In this document: in pieces, positions 1-12,006 of the stretch
Layout of the letters: the number at the start of each line of letters is the position of its first letter
How positions within the stretch are numbered: the first letter of the stretch is position 1
Assembly (NCBI GenBank): GCA_040954595.2
Contig: CM082578.2
Location: 2,214,831 to 2,278,830, forward strand
Direction: 5' to 3'
From: Balanoglossus misakiensis
Taxonomy: Eukaryota; Animalia; Hemichordata
Length of the DNA stretch: 64,000 bases
Notes under the pieces: generated by a model
What the model was told of the DNA's origin: nothing
Database searches by the model: none
The model's input: the letters and a program-made list of their open reading frames with translations, nothing else
Made by a program: the position numbers and the translations under genes

Positions 1-325
1 TAACCGACCCCATAAGGTCCCAATGGTATATATTTACATCATACACCAAATTGGACTTAAAAACCAAAAATTGAAAGCCGCTGGAGTTTCTGCGACTATG
101 AACTCAACGTAAGCTGGACACTACTCACTCCGAGCCCGACCTGGTAATTTGTATGTTGTCCATCGAGCGCCTATAGCTTAGACCTATACAGGAGAGAACG
201 GTTTATGAAGTGATGTTCAACAAAAATATATGATCATGGAATTAAAGAATTTGGAGAAAAAAAAATATAATTAAAAATGGACGTTTACGACGACAAAAAG
301 GAAGACTGTTTAATGCAAAAGTTAA

Positions 326-340
326 GAAAAAGGAAAAATT
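326..340 (-). terminator. Pol III terminator, tandem oligo-T runs (present in each unit)
   Basis: Minus strand after the 5S 3' end reads GAA-TTTTT-CC-TTTTT-C. Confidence 0.8.
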
Positions 341-341
341 C

Positions 342-461
342 AAGCCTACGGCACGTGGTATTCCCAGGCGGTCACCCATCCAAGTACTAACCACGCCCAA
401 CGCAGCTTAACTTCGGTGATCGGACGAGAACCGGTGTATTCGACGTGGTATGGCCGTAGGC
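342..461 (-). rRNA. 5S rRNA: 5S rRNA (copy 1)
   Basis: Reverse complement reads GCCTACGGCCATACCACG...CCGATCACCGAAGTTAAGC...TTAGTACTTGGATGGGTGACCGCCTGGGAATACC...GCCGTAGGCTT: terminal helix, box A and box C of metazoan 5S. Confidence 0.97.
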
Positions 462-481
462 AAACACTGCTTGAATTTCTA

Positions 482-492
482 CAATTATTAAG
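482..492 (-). promoter_or_regulatory. AT-rich TATA-like element about -30 to -23 from the 5S start (each unit)
   Basis: Minus strand TTAATAAT at the position where 5S genes commonly carry an upstream AT-rich element. Confidence 0.45.
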
Positions 493-746
493 CAAACGGA
501 AGCTTCACTAACACATAGGCGTACACACAGAGCACGCGGCACGATAATTGTGTGCGTGGCCAGCTGATTGACAGACCCTATCTTATAATTTATATGGGAG
601 AGAGCGGTTTTGTCTTGTTATATCCTACAAAAAGTGACCATATTAAAGTGGAGAAATAATGACCTGATAATTTGTGTGGCCGATCGACCGTCCCTATCTA
701 AGGCCTATATTGGTATGTTATGCAAGACACACTATTCGAAATAACG

Positions 747-820
747 CCTGTCCGACAGTCCGAGACTGGTTGTTTCTCCATCAGACTGATAGTAAAAAAG
801 TTACCAGTCTGGCGGACAGG
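747..820. repeat. 74-nt imperfect inverted repeat/hairpin in the spacer (each unit)
   Basis: Arms CCTGTCCG/CGGACAGG, ACTGGT/ACCAGT, T-rich/A-rich, ATCAG/CTGAT. Confidence 0.75.
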
Positions 821-1403
821 TTGAATTTAGCGTGGAGTTGACTTGTTTGCGGTATCATAGACGTACGTGACCCCATCGTGACCCTGGCTGTCCGGGATAG
901 CACCACCAACGATATCTTTTAGACCATCCTCTGTTTATTAGGCCCCTATTGCAATTAATTACCGTCCCTATCTTATATTGGAGGGAACGGGTTTGTCTTG
1001 GCATGTTATGCAAAACACTTGAAAGATGAATTTTTTTTTTAATGACGTTTATGACATACAGATGTAACCGACCCCATAAGGTCCCAATGGTATATATTTA
1101 CATCATACACCAAATTGGACTTAAAACCAAAAATTGAAAGCCGCTGGAGTTTCTGCGACTATGAACTCAACGTAAGCTGGACACTACTCACTCCGAGCCC
1201 GACCTGGTAATTTGTATGTTGTCCATCGAGCGCCTATAGCTTAGACCTATACAGGAGAGAACGGTTTATGAAGTTATGTTCAACAAAAATATATGATCAT
1301 GGAATTAAAGAATTTGGAGAAAAAAAATATAATTAAAAATGGACGTTTACGACGACAAAAAGGAAGACTGTTTAATGCAAAAGTTAAGAAAAAGGAAAAA
1401 TTC

Positions 1404-1523
1404 AAGCCTACGGCACGTGGTATTCCCAGGCGGTCACCCATCCAAGTACTAACCACGCCCAACGCAGCTTAACTTCGGTGAACGGACGAGAACCGGTGTA
1501 TTCGACGTGGTATGGCCGTAGGC
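1404..1523 (-). rRNA. 5S rRNA: 5S rRNA (copy 2, A42U variant)
   Basis: As copy 1, one substitution at 1482. Confidence 0.96.
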
Positions 1524-2469
1524 AAACACTGCTTGAATTTCTACAATTATTAAGCAAACGGAAGCTTCACTAACACATAGGCGTACACACAGAGCACGCG
1601 GCACGATAATTGTGTGCGTGGCCAGCTGATTGACCGACCCTATCTTATAATTTATATGGGAGAGAGCGGTTTTGTCTTGTTATATCCTACAAAAAGTGAC
1701 CATATTAAAGTGGAGAAATAATGACCTGATAATTTGTGTGGCCGATCGACCGTCCCTATCTAAGGCCTATATTGGCATGTTATGCAAGACACACTATTCG
1801 AAATAACGCCTGTCCGACAGTCCGAGACTGGTTGTTTTTCCATCAGACTGATAGTAAAAAAGTTACCAGTCCGGCGGACAGGTTGAATTTAGCGTGGAGT
1901 TGACTTGTTTGCGGTATCATAGACGTACGTGACCCCATCGTGACCCTGGCTGTCCGGGATAGCACCACCAACGATATCTTTTAGACCATCCTCTGTTTAT
2001 TAGGCCCCTATTGCAATTAATTACCGTCCCTATCTTATATTGGAGGGCACGGGTTTGTCTTGGCATGTTATGCAAAACACTTGAAAGATGAATTTTTTTT
2101 TTTAAATGACGTTTATGACATACAGATGTAACCGACCCCATAAGGTCCCAATGGTATATATTTACATCATACACCAAATTGGACTTAAAAACCAAAAATT
2201 GAAAGCCGCTGGAGTTTCTGCGACTATGAACTCAACGTAAGCTGGACACTACTCACTCCGAGCCCGACCTGGTAATTTGTATGTTGTCCATCGAGCGCCT
2301 ATAGCTTAGACCTATACAGGAGAGAACGGTTTATGAAGTTATGTTCAACAAAAATATATGATCATGGAATTAAAGAATTTGGAGAAAAAAAAATATAATT
2401 AAAAATGGACGTTTACGACGACAAAAAGGAAGACTGTTTAATGCAAAAGTTAAGAAAAAGGAAAAATTC

Positions 2470-2589
2470 AAGCCTACGGCACGTGGTATTCCCAGGCGGT
2501 CACCCATCCAAGTACTAACCACGCCCAACGCAGCTTAACTTCGGTGATCGGACGAGAACCGGTGTATTCGACGTGGTATGGCCGTAGGC
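2470..2589 (-). rRNA. 5S rRNA: 5S rRNA (copy 3)
   Basis: Same 120-nt sequence as copy 1. Confidence 0.96.
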
Positions 2590-3535
2590 AAACACTGCTT
2601 GAATTTCTACAATTATTAAGCAAACGGAAGCTTCACTAACACATAGGCGTACACACAGAGCACGCGGCACGATAATTGTGTGCGTGGCCAGCTGATTGAC
2701 CGACCCTATCTTATAATTTATATGGGAGAGAGCGATTTTGTCTTGTTATATCCCACAAAAAGTGACCATATTAAAGTGGAGAAATAATGACCTGATAATT
2801 TGTGTGGCCGATCGACCGTCCCTATCTAAGGCCTATATTGGTATGTTATGCAAGACACACTATTCGAAATAACGCCTGTCCGACAGTCCGAGACTGGTTG
2901 TTTTTCCATCAGACTGATAGTAAAAAAGTTACCAGTCCGGCGGACAGGTTGAATTTAGCGTGGAGTTGACTTGTTTGCGGTATCATAGACGTACGTGACC
3001 CCATCGTGACCCTGGCTGTCCGGGATAGCACCACCAACGATATCTTTTAGACCATCCTCTGTTTATTAGGCCCCTATTGCAATTAATTACCGTCCCTATC
3101 TTATATTGGAGGGCACGGGTTTGTCTTGGCATGTTATGCAAAACACTTGAAAGATGAATTTTTTTTTTTAAATGTCGTTTATGACATACAGATGTAACCG
3201 ACCCCATAAGGTCCCAATGGTATATATTTACATCATACACCAAATTGGACTTAAAAACCAAAAATTGAAAGCCGCTGGAGTTTCTGCGACTATGAACTCA
3301 ACGTAAGCTGGACACTACTCACTCCGAGCCCGACCTGGTAATTTGTATGTTGTCCATCGAGCGCCTATAGCTTAGACCTATACAGGAGAGAACGGTTTAT
3401 GAAGTTATGTTCAACAAAAATATATGATCATGGAATTAAAGAATTTGGAGAAAAAAAAATATAATTAAAAATGGACGTTTACGACGACAAAAAGGAAGAC
3501 TGTTTAATGCAAAAGTTAAGAAAAAGGAAAAATTC

Positions 3536-3655
3536 AAGCCTACGGCACGTGGTATTCCCAGGCGGTCACCCATCCAAGTACTAACCACGCCCAACGCAGC
3601 TTAACTTCGGTGATCGGACGAGAACCGGTGTATTCGACGTGGTATGGCCGTAGGC
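3536..3655 (-). rRNA. 5S rRNA: 5S rRNA (copy 4)
   Basis: Same 120-nt sequence as copy 1. Confidence 0.96.
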
Positions 3656-4600
3656 AAACACTGCTTGAATTTCTACAATTATTAAGCAAACGGAAGCTTC
3701 ACTAACACATAGGCGTACACACAGAGCACGCGGCACGATAATTGTGTGCGTGGCCAGCTGATTGACCGACCCTATCTTATAATTTATATGGGAGAGAGCG
3801 GTTTTGTCTTGTTATATCCCACAAAAAGTGACCATATTAAAGTGGAGAAATAATGACCTGATAATTTGTGTGGCCGATCGACCGTCCCTATCTAAGGCCT
3901 ATATTGGTATGTTATGCAAGACACACTATTCGAAATAACGCCTGTCCGACAGTCCGAGACTGGTTGTTTTTCCATCAGACTGATAGTAAAAAAGTTACCA
4001 GTCCGGCGGACAGGTTGAATTTAGCGTGGAGTTGACTTGTTTGCGGTATCATAGACGTACGTGACCCCATCGTGACCCTGGCTGTCCGGGATAGCACCAC
4101 CAACGATATCTTTTAGACCATCCTCTGTTTATTAGGCCCCTATTGCAATTAATTACCGTCCCTATCTTATATTGGAGGGCACGGGTTTGTCTTGGCATGT
4201 TATGCAAAACACTTGAAAGATGAATTTTTTTTTTTAAATGTCGTTTATGACATACAGATGTAACCGACCCCATAAGGTCCCAATGGTATATATTTACATC
4301 ATACACCAAATTGGACTTAAAAACCAAAAATTGAAAGCCGCTGGAGTTTCTGCGACTATGAACTCAACGTAAGCTGGACACTACTCACTCAGAGCCCGAC
4401 CTGGTAATTTGTATGTTGTCCATCGAGCGCCTATAGCTTAGACCTATACAGGAGAGAACGGTTTATGAAGTTATGTTCAACAAAAATATATGATCATGGA
4501 ATTAAAGAATTTGGAGAAAAAAAATATAATTAAAAATGGACGTTTACGACGACAAAAAGGAAGACTGTTTAATGCAAAAGTTAAGAAAAAGGAAAAATTC

Positions 4601-4720
4601 AAGCCTACGGCACGTGGTATTCCCAGGCGGTCACCCATCCAAGTACTAACCACGCCCAACGCAGCTTAACTTCGGTGATCGGACGAGAACCGGTGTATTC
4701 GACGTGGTATGGCCGTAGGC
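4601..4720 (-). rRNA. 5S rRNA: 5S rRNA (copy 5)
   Basis: Same 120-nt sequence as copy 1. Confidence 0.96.
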
Positions 4721-5665
4721 AAACACTGCTTGAATTTCTACAATTATTAAGCAAACGGAAGCTTCACTAACACATAGGCGTACACACAGAGCACGCGGCA
4801 CGATAATTGTGTGCGTGGCCAGCTGATTGACCGACCCTATCTTATAATTTATATGGGAGAGAGCGGTTTTGTCTTGTTATATCCTACAAAAAGTGACCAT
4901 ATTAAAGTGGAGAAATAATGACCTGATAATTTGTGTGGCCGATCGACCGTCCCTATCTAAGGCCTATATTGGTATGTTATGCAAGACACACTATTCGAAA
5001 TAACGCCTGTCCGACAGTCCGAGACTGGTTGTTTCTCCATCAGACTGATAGTAAAAAAGTTACCAGTCCGGCGGACAGGTTGAATTTAGCGTGGAGTTGA
5101 CTTGTTTGCGGTATCATAGACGTACGTGACCCCATCGTGACCCTGGCTGTCCGGGATAGCACCACCAACGATATCTTTTAGACCATCCTCTGTTTATTAG
5201 GCCCCTATTGCAATTAATTACCGTCCCTATCTTATATTGGAGGGCACGGGTTTGTCTTGGCATGTTATGCAAAACACTTGAAAGATGATTTTTTTTTTTT
5301 AAATGACGTTTATGACATACAGATGTAACCGACCCCATAAGGTCCCAATGGTATATATTTACATCATACACCAAATTGGACTTAAAAACCAAAAATTGAA
5401 AGCCGCTGGAGTTTCTGCGACTATGAACTCAACGTAAGCTGGACACTACTCACTCCGAGCCCGACCTGGTAATTTGTATGTTGTCCATCGAGCGCCTATA
5501 GCTTAGACCTATACAGGAGAGAACGGTTTATGAAGTTATGTTCAACAAAAATATATGATCATGGAATTAAAGAATTTGGAGAAAAAAAATATAATTAAAA
5601 ATGGACGTTTACGACGACAAAAAGGAAGACTGTTTAATGCAAAAGTTAAGAAAAATGAAAAATTC

Positions 5666-5785
5666 AAGCCTACGGCACGTGGTATTCCCAGGCGGTCACC
5701 CATCCAAGTACTAACCACGCCCAACGCAGCTTAACTTCGGTGATCGGACGAGAACCGGTGTATTCGACGTGGTATGGCCGTAGGC
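5666..5785 (-). rRNA. 5S rRNA: 5S rRNA (copy 6)
   Basis: Same 120-nt sequence as copy 1. Confidence 0.96.
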
Positions 5786-6737
5786 AAACACTGCTTGAAT
5801 TTCTACAATTATTAAGCAAACGGAAGCTTCACTGACACATAGGCGTACACACAGAGCACGTGGCACGATAATTGTGTGCGTGGCCAGCTGATTGACCGAC
5901 CCTATCTTATAATTTATATGGGAGAGAGCGGTTTTGTCTTGTTATATCCTACAAAAAGTGACCATATTAAAGTGGAGAAATAATGACCTGATAATTTGTG
6001 TGGCCGATCGACCGTCCCTATCTAAGGCCTATATTGTTATGTTATGCAAGACACACTATTCGAAATAACGCCTGTCCGACAGTCCGAGACTGGTTGTTTT
6101 TCCATCAGACTGATAGTAAAAAAGTTACCAGTCCGGCGGACAGGTTGAATTTAGCGTGGAGTTGACTTGTTTGCGGTATCATAGACGTACATGTACGTGA
6201 CCCCATCGTGACCCTGGCTGTCCGGGATAGCACCACCAACGATATCTTTTAGACCATCCTCTGTTTATTAGGCCCCTATTGCAATTAATTACCGTCCCTA
6301 TCTTATATTGGAGGGCACGGGTTTGTCTTGGCATGTTATGCAAAACACTTGAAAGATGAATTTTTTTTTTTTAAATGACGTTTATGACATACAGATGTAA
6401 CCGACCCCATAAGGTCCCAATGGTATATATTTACATCATACACCAAATTGGACTTAAAAACCAAAAATTGAAAGCCGCTGGAGTTTCTGCGACTATGAAC
6501 TCAACGTAAGCTGGACACTACTCACTCCGAGCCCGACCTGGTAATTTGTATGTTGTCCATCGAGCGCCTATAGCTTAGACCTATACAGGAGAGAACGGTT
6601 TATGAAGTTATGTTCAACAAAAATATATGATCATGGAATTAAAGAATTTGGAGAAAAAAAATATAATTAAAAATGGACGTTTACGACGACAAAAAGGAAG
6701 ACTGTTTAATGCAAAAGTTAAGAAAAAGGAAAAATTC

Positions 6738-6857
6738 AAGCCTACGGCACGTGGTATTCCCAGGCGGTCACCCATCCAAGTACTAACCACGCCCAACGCA
6801 GCTTAACTTCGGTGATCGGACGAGAACCGCTGTATTCGACGTGGTATGGCCGTAGGC
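6738..6857 (-). rRNA. 5S rRNA: 5S rRNA (copy 7, C28G variant)
   Basis: As copy 1, substitution at 6830. Confidence 0.96.
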
Positions 6858-7575
6858 AAACACTGCTTGAATTTCTACAATTATTAAGCAAACGGAAGCT
6901 TCACTAACACATAGGCGTACACACAGAGCACGCGGCACGATAATTGTGTGCGTGGCCAGCTGATTGACCGACCCTATCTTATAATTTATATGGGAGAGAG
7001 CGGTTTTGTCTTGTTATATCCTACAAAAAGTGACCATATTAAAGTGGAGAAATAATGACCTGATAATTTGTGTGGCCGATCGACCGTCCCTATCTAAGGC
7101 CTATATTGGTATGTTATGCAAGACACACTATTCGAAATAACGCCTGTCCGACAGTCCGAGACTGGTTGTTTTTCCATCAGACTGATAGTAAAAAAGTTAC
7201 CAGTCCGGCGGACAGGTTGAATTTAGCGTGGAGTTGACTTGTTTGCGGTATCATAGACGTACGTGACCCCATCGTGACCCTGGCTGTCCGGGATAGCACC
7301 ACCAACGATATCTTTTAGACCATCCTCTGTTTATTAGGCCCCTATTGCAATTAATTACCGTCCCTATCTTATATTGGAGGGCACGGGTTTGTCTTGGCAT
7401 GTTATGCAAAACACTTGAAAGATGAATTTTTTTTTAAATGACGTTTATGACATACAGATGTAACCGACCCCATAAGGTCCCAATGGTATATATTTACATC
7501 ATACACCAAATTGGACTTAAAAACCAAAAATTGAAAGCCGCTGGAGTTTCTGCGACTATGAACTCAACGTAAGCT

Positions 7576-10428
7576 TTAAGACTTTTCTACCAAAATACAA
7601 GAAGTATTGCTGGTCCAAACAAGCTTCCCAAGTTTAACATTCAATTTTCTGATGCTGTGTTTGACTTGATTGTAATCACAGAAACTTGGTTGCACACCTC
7701 GGTTAACTGCAGTGAACTCCTAAACAATCAGTACTCTATTTTTCGTCGCGATCGTGATGCATCGACCAGTTGCAAGTCCCGTGGTGGTGGAGTACTCATC
7801 GCAGTCAGATCGGATATAGAAGCTCGTCAGTGCTCTGATGTAGATTCTAATGCTAACATTGAAATTATATGGATCCAACTTAATCTTTTAAACACCAATC
7901 TGTAGCTAGGTGTTGTTTATATGCCGCCAAACTCCAACCTTCAGTCATATAACATTCTAGACGATAGTATTGACCGTATAAGTCATCTTTGTACGCCTAA
8001 TGACTCCATTCTGCTGCTTGGTGACTTCAATCTACCAGATATCTCTTGGGTTCCTGATGTGGAGTTGGACCACTTTGTTCCTAGTGCATGGTCCTCTGCT
8101 TCTTCTGAGAGATTTATTGATACTCTTAACGAACACAATCTGCTCCAAGTAAACGGTCATCCCACCTGTAATGGTCATACACTTGACCTGGTTTGTTCAA
8201 GCTTCACCAAGATTTCCGTTTCAGTAAGTGAATCTGTTATTCCATCTGACCATCTTCCACTCGAATGTGACATTAATCTGGCTGCTCCAAAGCGGGTTTC
8301 TTACCCTGATCTTTGGGTCTACAACTATAAGAATGCGGACTTCGACCACTTAAAAACCAATATTTCCTCACTCCCTTGGACTGCACTTCTAAACAGCTCC
8401 AACATCGACGATGATGCTGAACTTTTCTATGACCTCCTACAATCGGCTATAGACGACACAATTCCTAAAGTCCGCATAAAAAGAAGAAAGTTCCCCCTGT
8501 GGTTTGACGCCGATCTAATCTCCCGTGTAAGGGAGAAGGAAATCGCGAGACGCCAGTATAAACGCACTCAGACTCGTTCCGACTACTCTGTCTTCTCGCG
8601 TCTGCGTGCTCAACTTAACCTAGCCAAGGACGTACGTTATCGGGAATATCTCTCAGATGTCCAGGCCTCCATCCACGAAAACAGCAAACGTTTTTGGGGT
8701 TATGCGAAATCCAAGCGTAAATTGACTCTGAACTCTTTTAACTTTGAACTTAACGGCAAGCAGTCTAACTCAGGCTCCGAAGCTGCTCAACTTTTTGCCG
8801 ATTTTTTTGCCTCTGTTTTCACTGAAAACAATGACCCTAATTTACCTGAGCTTAATTATCCTTGCTTTGGGCAACTCTCACATGTCAATATCAGTACCCA
8901 GAGTATTGAGAAAGCCATCGCATCTCTTGACTTGAACAAAGCCAGTGGCCCGGATGGTTTATCCGCCCGTGTCATTAAACACTGTTCAGATGTTATTGTT
9001 GTCCCCCTCCAGATTTTATTCCAAAAATCAATTTATCTGGGACAGTTTCCTACCAAGTACAAACAGGCCAATGTTGTCCCCATTTTTAAATCTGGTCGCC
9101 AATCCTTTGTTGAGAATTACCGCCCCATCTCCTTGTTGCCTCTTTTTGCTAAGATTTTTGAAGCTGTTATTGTCCCTCATATCTACCAGCATGTTCGACC
9201 AAATATATCCATTTATCAGCATGGATTTGTTAAAAATAGATCTACCACAACAAACTTAGTGGCTTACACTGATTTCATTTCAGCTTCATTGAACAACAAA
9301 GAACAGGTAGATTCAATCTACACTGATTTTAGCAAGGCGTTTGACAGTGTCTGTCACACACTACTGCTGTACAAAGCCGCCAAATTTGGTATATGTGGCA
9401 ATTTGCACAGCTGGCTGGCGTCGTATCTCCATCTCAGACAACAGAGGGTGGTGTTTGGCAGTCACTCGTCAAACAGCTTCACTGCTACATCGGGGGTCCC
9501 ACAAGGTTCACTCTTGGGGCCACTACTTTTTGTAATGTATATAAATGATATATCACTGTTAGATATTTCTGCAAAGCTCAGCATGTATGCCGACGATGCT
9601 AAGATTTACCGTACCATCACCTCCTCCGCTGATTGTGACTTGTTACAGAAAGACCTTGATAAATTTGCTCTCTGGTGTGACAACTGGAAGTTGTCACCTA
9701 ATATCAATAAATGCAAATTCATCAGTTTCACCCTAAAGAAAAGGGTTATTTCATCTACTGACTACTCTATCAATGGCACTCCCCTTCAACGTGTTTCTGT
9801 AATCAAGGACTTGGGCATATACCTTACTTCTAATCTCAATTATTCTTTTCACATAAATAACACAGTATCCAGAGCCTTCAAATCTCTGGGTTTTATTAAG
9901 CGCCTCTGCCAGCCTTTTAATGACATGTCCGCAATTATTTCTCTATATTTTGTTTATGTAAGATCTATTCTAGAGTATGGCTCTGTTGTGTGGTCACCCC
10001 ACCAACAGGGCCTGTCAGACAAGATTGAGCGGGTACAAATTAAGTTTGTGAAGTACATTTGTTGCAAACTCAATATTCACTGCAGCAGGTCCAGCTACCC
10101 TATTTATTGTAGATTACTGAATATCCCAATGTTATATAACAGAAGATTCACCCTTGACATGTGTTTTTTATACAAAATTATCCACTCACAGTATGATTCA
10201 CCTGGTATTTTAAATCAAATATGTTTTTATGCCCCTAGTAGAAATTTACGCAAGAAACCCTTTTTTAAACCCGACTTGTGCTCCGTTAATTGTAGAAAAT
10301 TCTCGACAATGCTCAGATGCATGTCTGCTTTTAATGAGATTTCTTCTAAATGTAATATTGATATTTTTTCTACGCTCCATAGTTTTAAATCTATTTTATC
10401 CAGTCATTTTAATGGTACTGTTCCTTGA
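7576..10428 (+). pseudogene. LINE ORF2 (AP endonuclease + reverse transcriptase), one in-frame stop at 7903-7905
   Basis: Frame reads LRLFYQNTRS...TETWL...GGGVL, TAG (TAT in copy A2), then 835 aa with GDFN, SDH, QHGF, YTDFSKAFD, VPQGS, YADD, KDLG, IERVQ. Confidence 0.9.
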
Positions 10429-10589
10429 TTTCTATTTATATTTTACGTGACATGTGTTACTTTTTTCGGTGTCTTGTTTATCAGTTAGTTTTTGTTTTGT
10501 GATTTAATTGTTTTTATTGTTTCCCAGATCTGTAAGTGGGTTTGCCCGTTGATCTGTGTAATAAATAAATAAATAAAAAAAAAAAAAAA
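7576..10589 (+). mobile_element. CR1-clade non-LTR retrotransposon (LINE family A, copy A1), ORF2 only
   Basis: Flanked by 7-bp TSD GTAAGCT (7569-7575, 10590-10596); ends in (AAAT)n + A15; encodes APE and RT; 3' UTR stem-loop CAGATC...GGGTTTGCCC...GATCTG. Clade assignment from motifs only. Confidence 0.92.
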
Positions 10590-10821
10590 GTAAGCTGGAC
10601 ACTACTCACTCCGAGCCCGACCTGGTAATTTGTATGTTGTCCATCGAGCGCCTATAGCTTAGACCTACACAGGAGAGAACGGTTTATGAAGTTATGTTCA
10701 ACAAAAATATATGATCATGGAATTAAAGAATTTGGAGAAAAAAAATATAATTAAAAATGGACGTTTACGACGACAAAAAGGAAGACTGTTTAATGCAAAA
10801 GTTAAGAAAAAGGAAAAATTC

Positions 10822-10941
10822 AAGCCTACGGCACGTGGTATTCCCAGGCGGTCACCCATCCAAGTACTAACCACGCCCAACGCAGCTTAATTTCGGTGAT
10901 CGGACGAGAACCGGTGTATTCGACGTGGTATGGCCGTAGGC
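10822..10941 (-). rRNA. 5S rRNA: 5S rRNA (copy 8, G51A variant)
   Basis: As copy 1, substitution at 10891 (box A). Confidence 0.96.
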
Positions 10942-11886
10942 AAACACTGCTTGAATTTCTACAATTATTAAGCAAACGGAAGCTTCACTAACACATAGGC
11001 GTACACACAGAGCACGCGGCACGATAATTGTGTGCGTGGCCAGCTGATTGACCGACCCTATCTTATAATTTATATGGGAGAGAGCGGTTTTGTCTTGTTA
11101 TATCCTACAAAAAGTGACCATATTAAAGTGGAGAAATAATGACCTGATAATTTGTGTGGCCGATCGACCGTCCCTATCTAAGGCCTATATTGGCATGTTA
11201 TGCAAGACACACTATTCGAAATAACGCCTGTCCGACAGTCCGAGACTGGTTGTTTTTCCATCAGACTGATAGTAAAAAAGTTACCAGTCCGGCGGACAGG
11301 TTGAATTTAGCGTGGAGTTGACTTGTTTGCGGTATCATAGACGTACGTGACCCCATCGTGACCCTGGCTGTCCGGGATAGCACCACCAACGATATCTTTT
11401 AGACCATCCTCTGTTTATTAGGCCCCTATTGCAATTAATTACCGTCCCTATCTTATATTGGAGGGCACGGGTTTGTCTTGGCATGTTATGCAAAACACTT
11501 GAAAGATGAATTTTTTTTTTAAATGACGTTTATGACATACAGATGTAACCGACCCCATAAGGTCCCAATGGTATATATTTACATCATACACCAAATTGGA
11601 CTTAAAAACCAAAAATTGAAAGCCGCTGGAGTTTCTGCGACTATGAACTCAACGTAAGCTGGACACTACTCACTCCGAGCCCGACCTGGTAATTTGTATG
11701 TTGTCCATCGAGCGCCTATAGCTTAGACCTATACAGGAGAGAACGGTTTATGAAGTGATGTTCAACAAAAATATATGATCATGGAATTAAAGAATTTGGA
11801 GAAAAAAAAATATAATTAAAAATGGACGTTTACGACGACAAAAAGGAAGACTGTTTAATGCAAAAGTTAAGAAAAAGGAAAAATTC

Positions 11887-12006
11887 AAGCCTACGGCACG
11901 TGGTATTCCCAGGCGGTCACCCATCCAAGTACTAACCACGCCCAACGCAGCTTAACTTCGGTGATCGGACGAGAACCGGTGTATTCGACGTGGTATGGCC
12001 GTAGGC
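11887..12006 (-). rRNA. 5S rRNA: 5S rRNA (copy 9)
   Basis: Same 120-nt sequence as copy 1. Confidence 0.96.

Noticed and set aside
560-800. Hammerhead ribozyme from CTGAT... and GAAA motifs
   Set aside because: No CTGANGA core with properly paired stems could be built.
760-802. U5 snRNA-like look on the minus strand (TTTTACTA...TGGAGAAACAAC)
   Set aside because: Invariant loop GCCTTTTAC and a downstream Sm site are absent.
1017-1028. Minus-strand ATCTTTCAAGT resembling the 5' end of echinoderm U7 snRNA as I recall it
   Set aside because: Only about 11 nt; no following Sm-like site or 3' stem-loop match.
1030-1040. Poly-T and poly-A length differences among units as biological markers
   Set aside because: Homopolymer lengths are prone to slippage and sequencing error; not used as primary evidence.
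1280-1462. Recurrent 60-aa ORF MGVVSTWMGD...
   Set aside because: TTG-started translation of the 5S gene 3' half and T-rich terminator; broken in many units by homopolymer length changes.
1917-2195. Recurrent 92-aa spacer ORF MVFKSNLVYD...
   Set aside because: Non-ATG start, no recognisable domain, frame depends on a variable poly-T tract; recurrence only reflects the tandem repeat.
8744-9535. Small alternative-frame and antisense ORFs inside the LINE and Gypsy coding regions
   Set aside because: Shadows of the real RT/Pol frames with no independent motifs.
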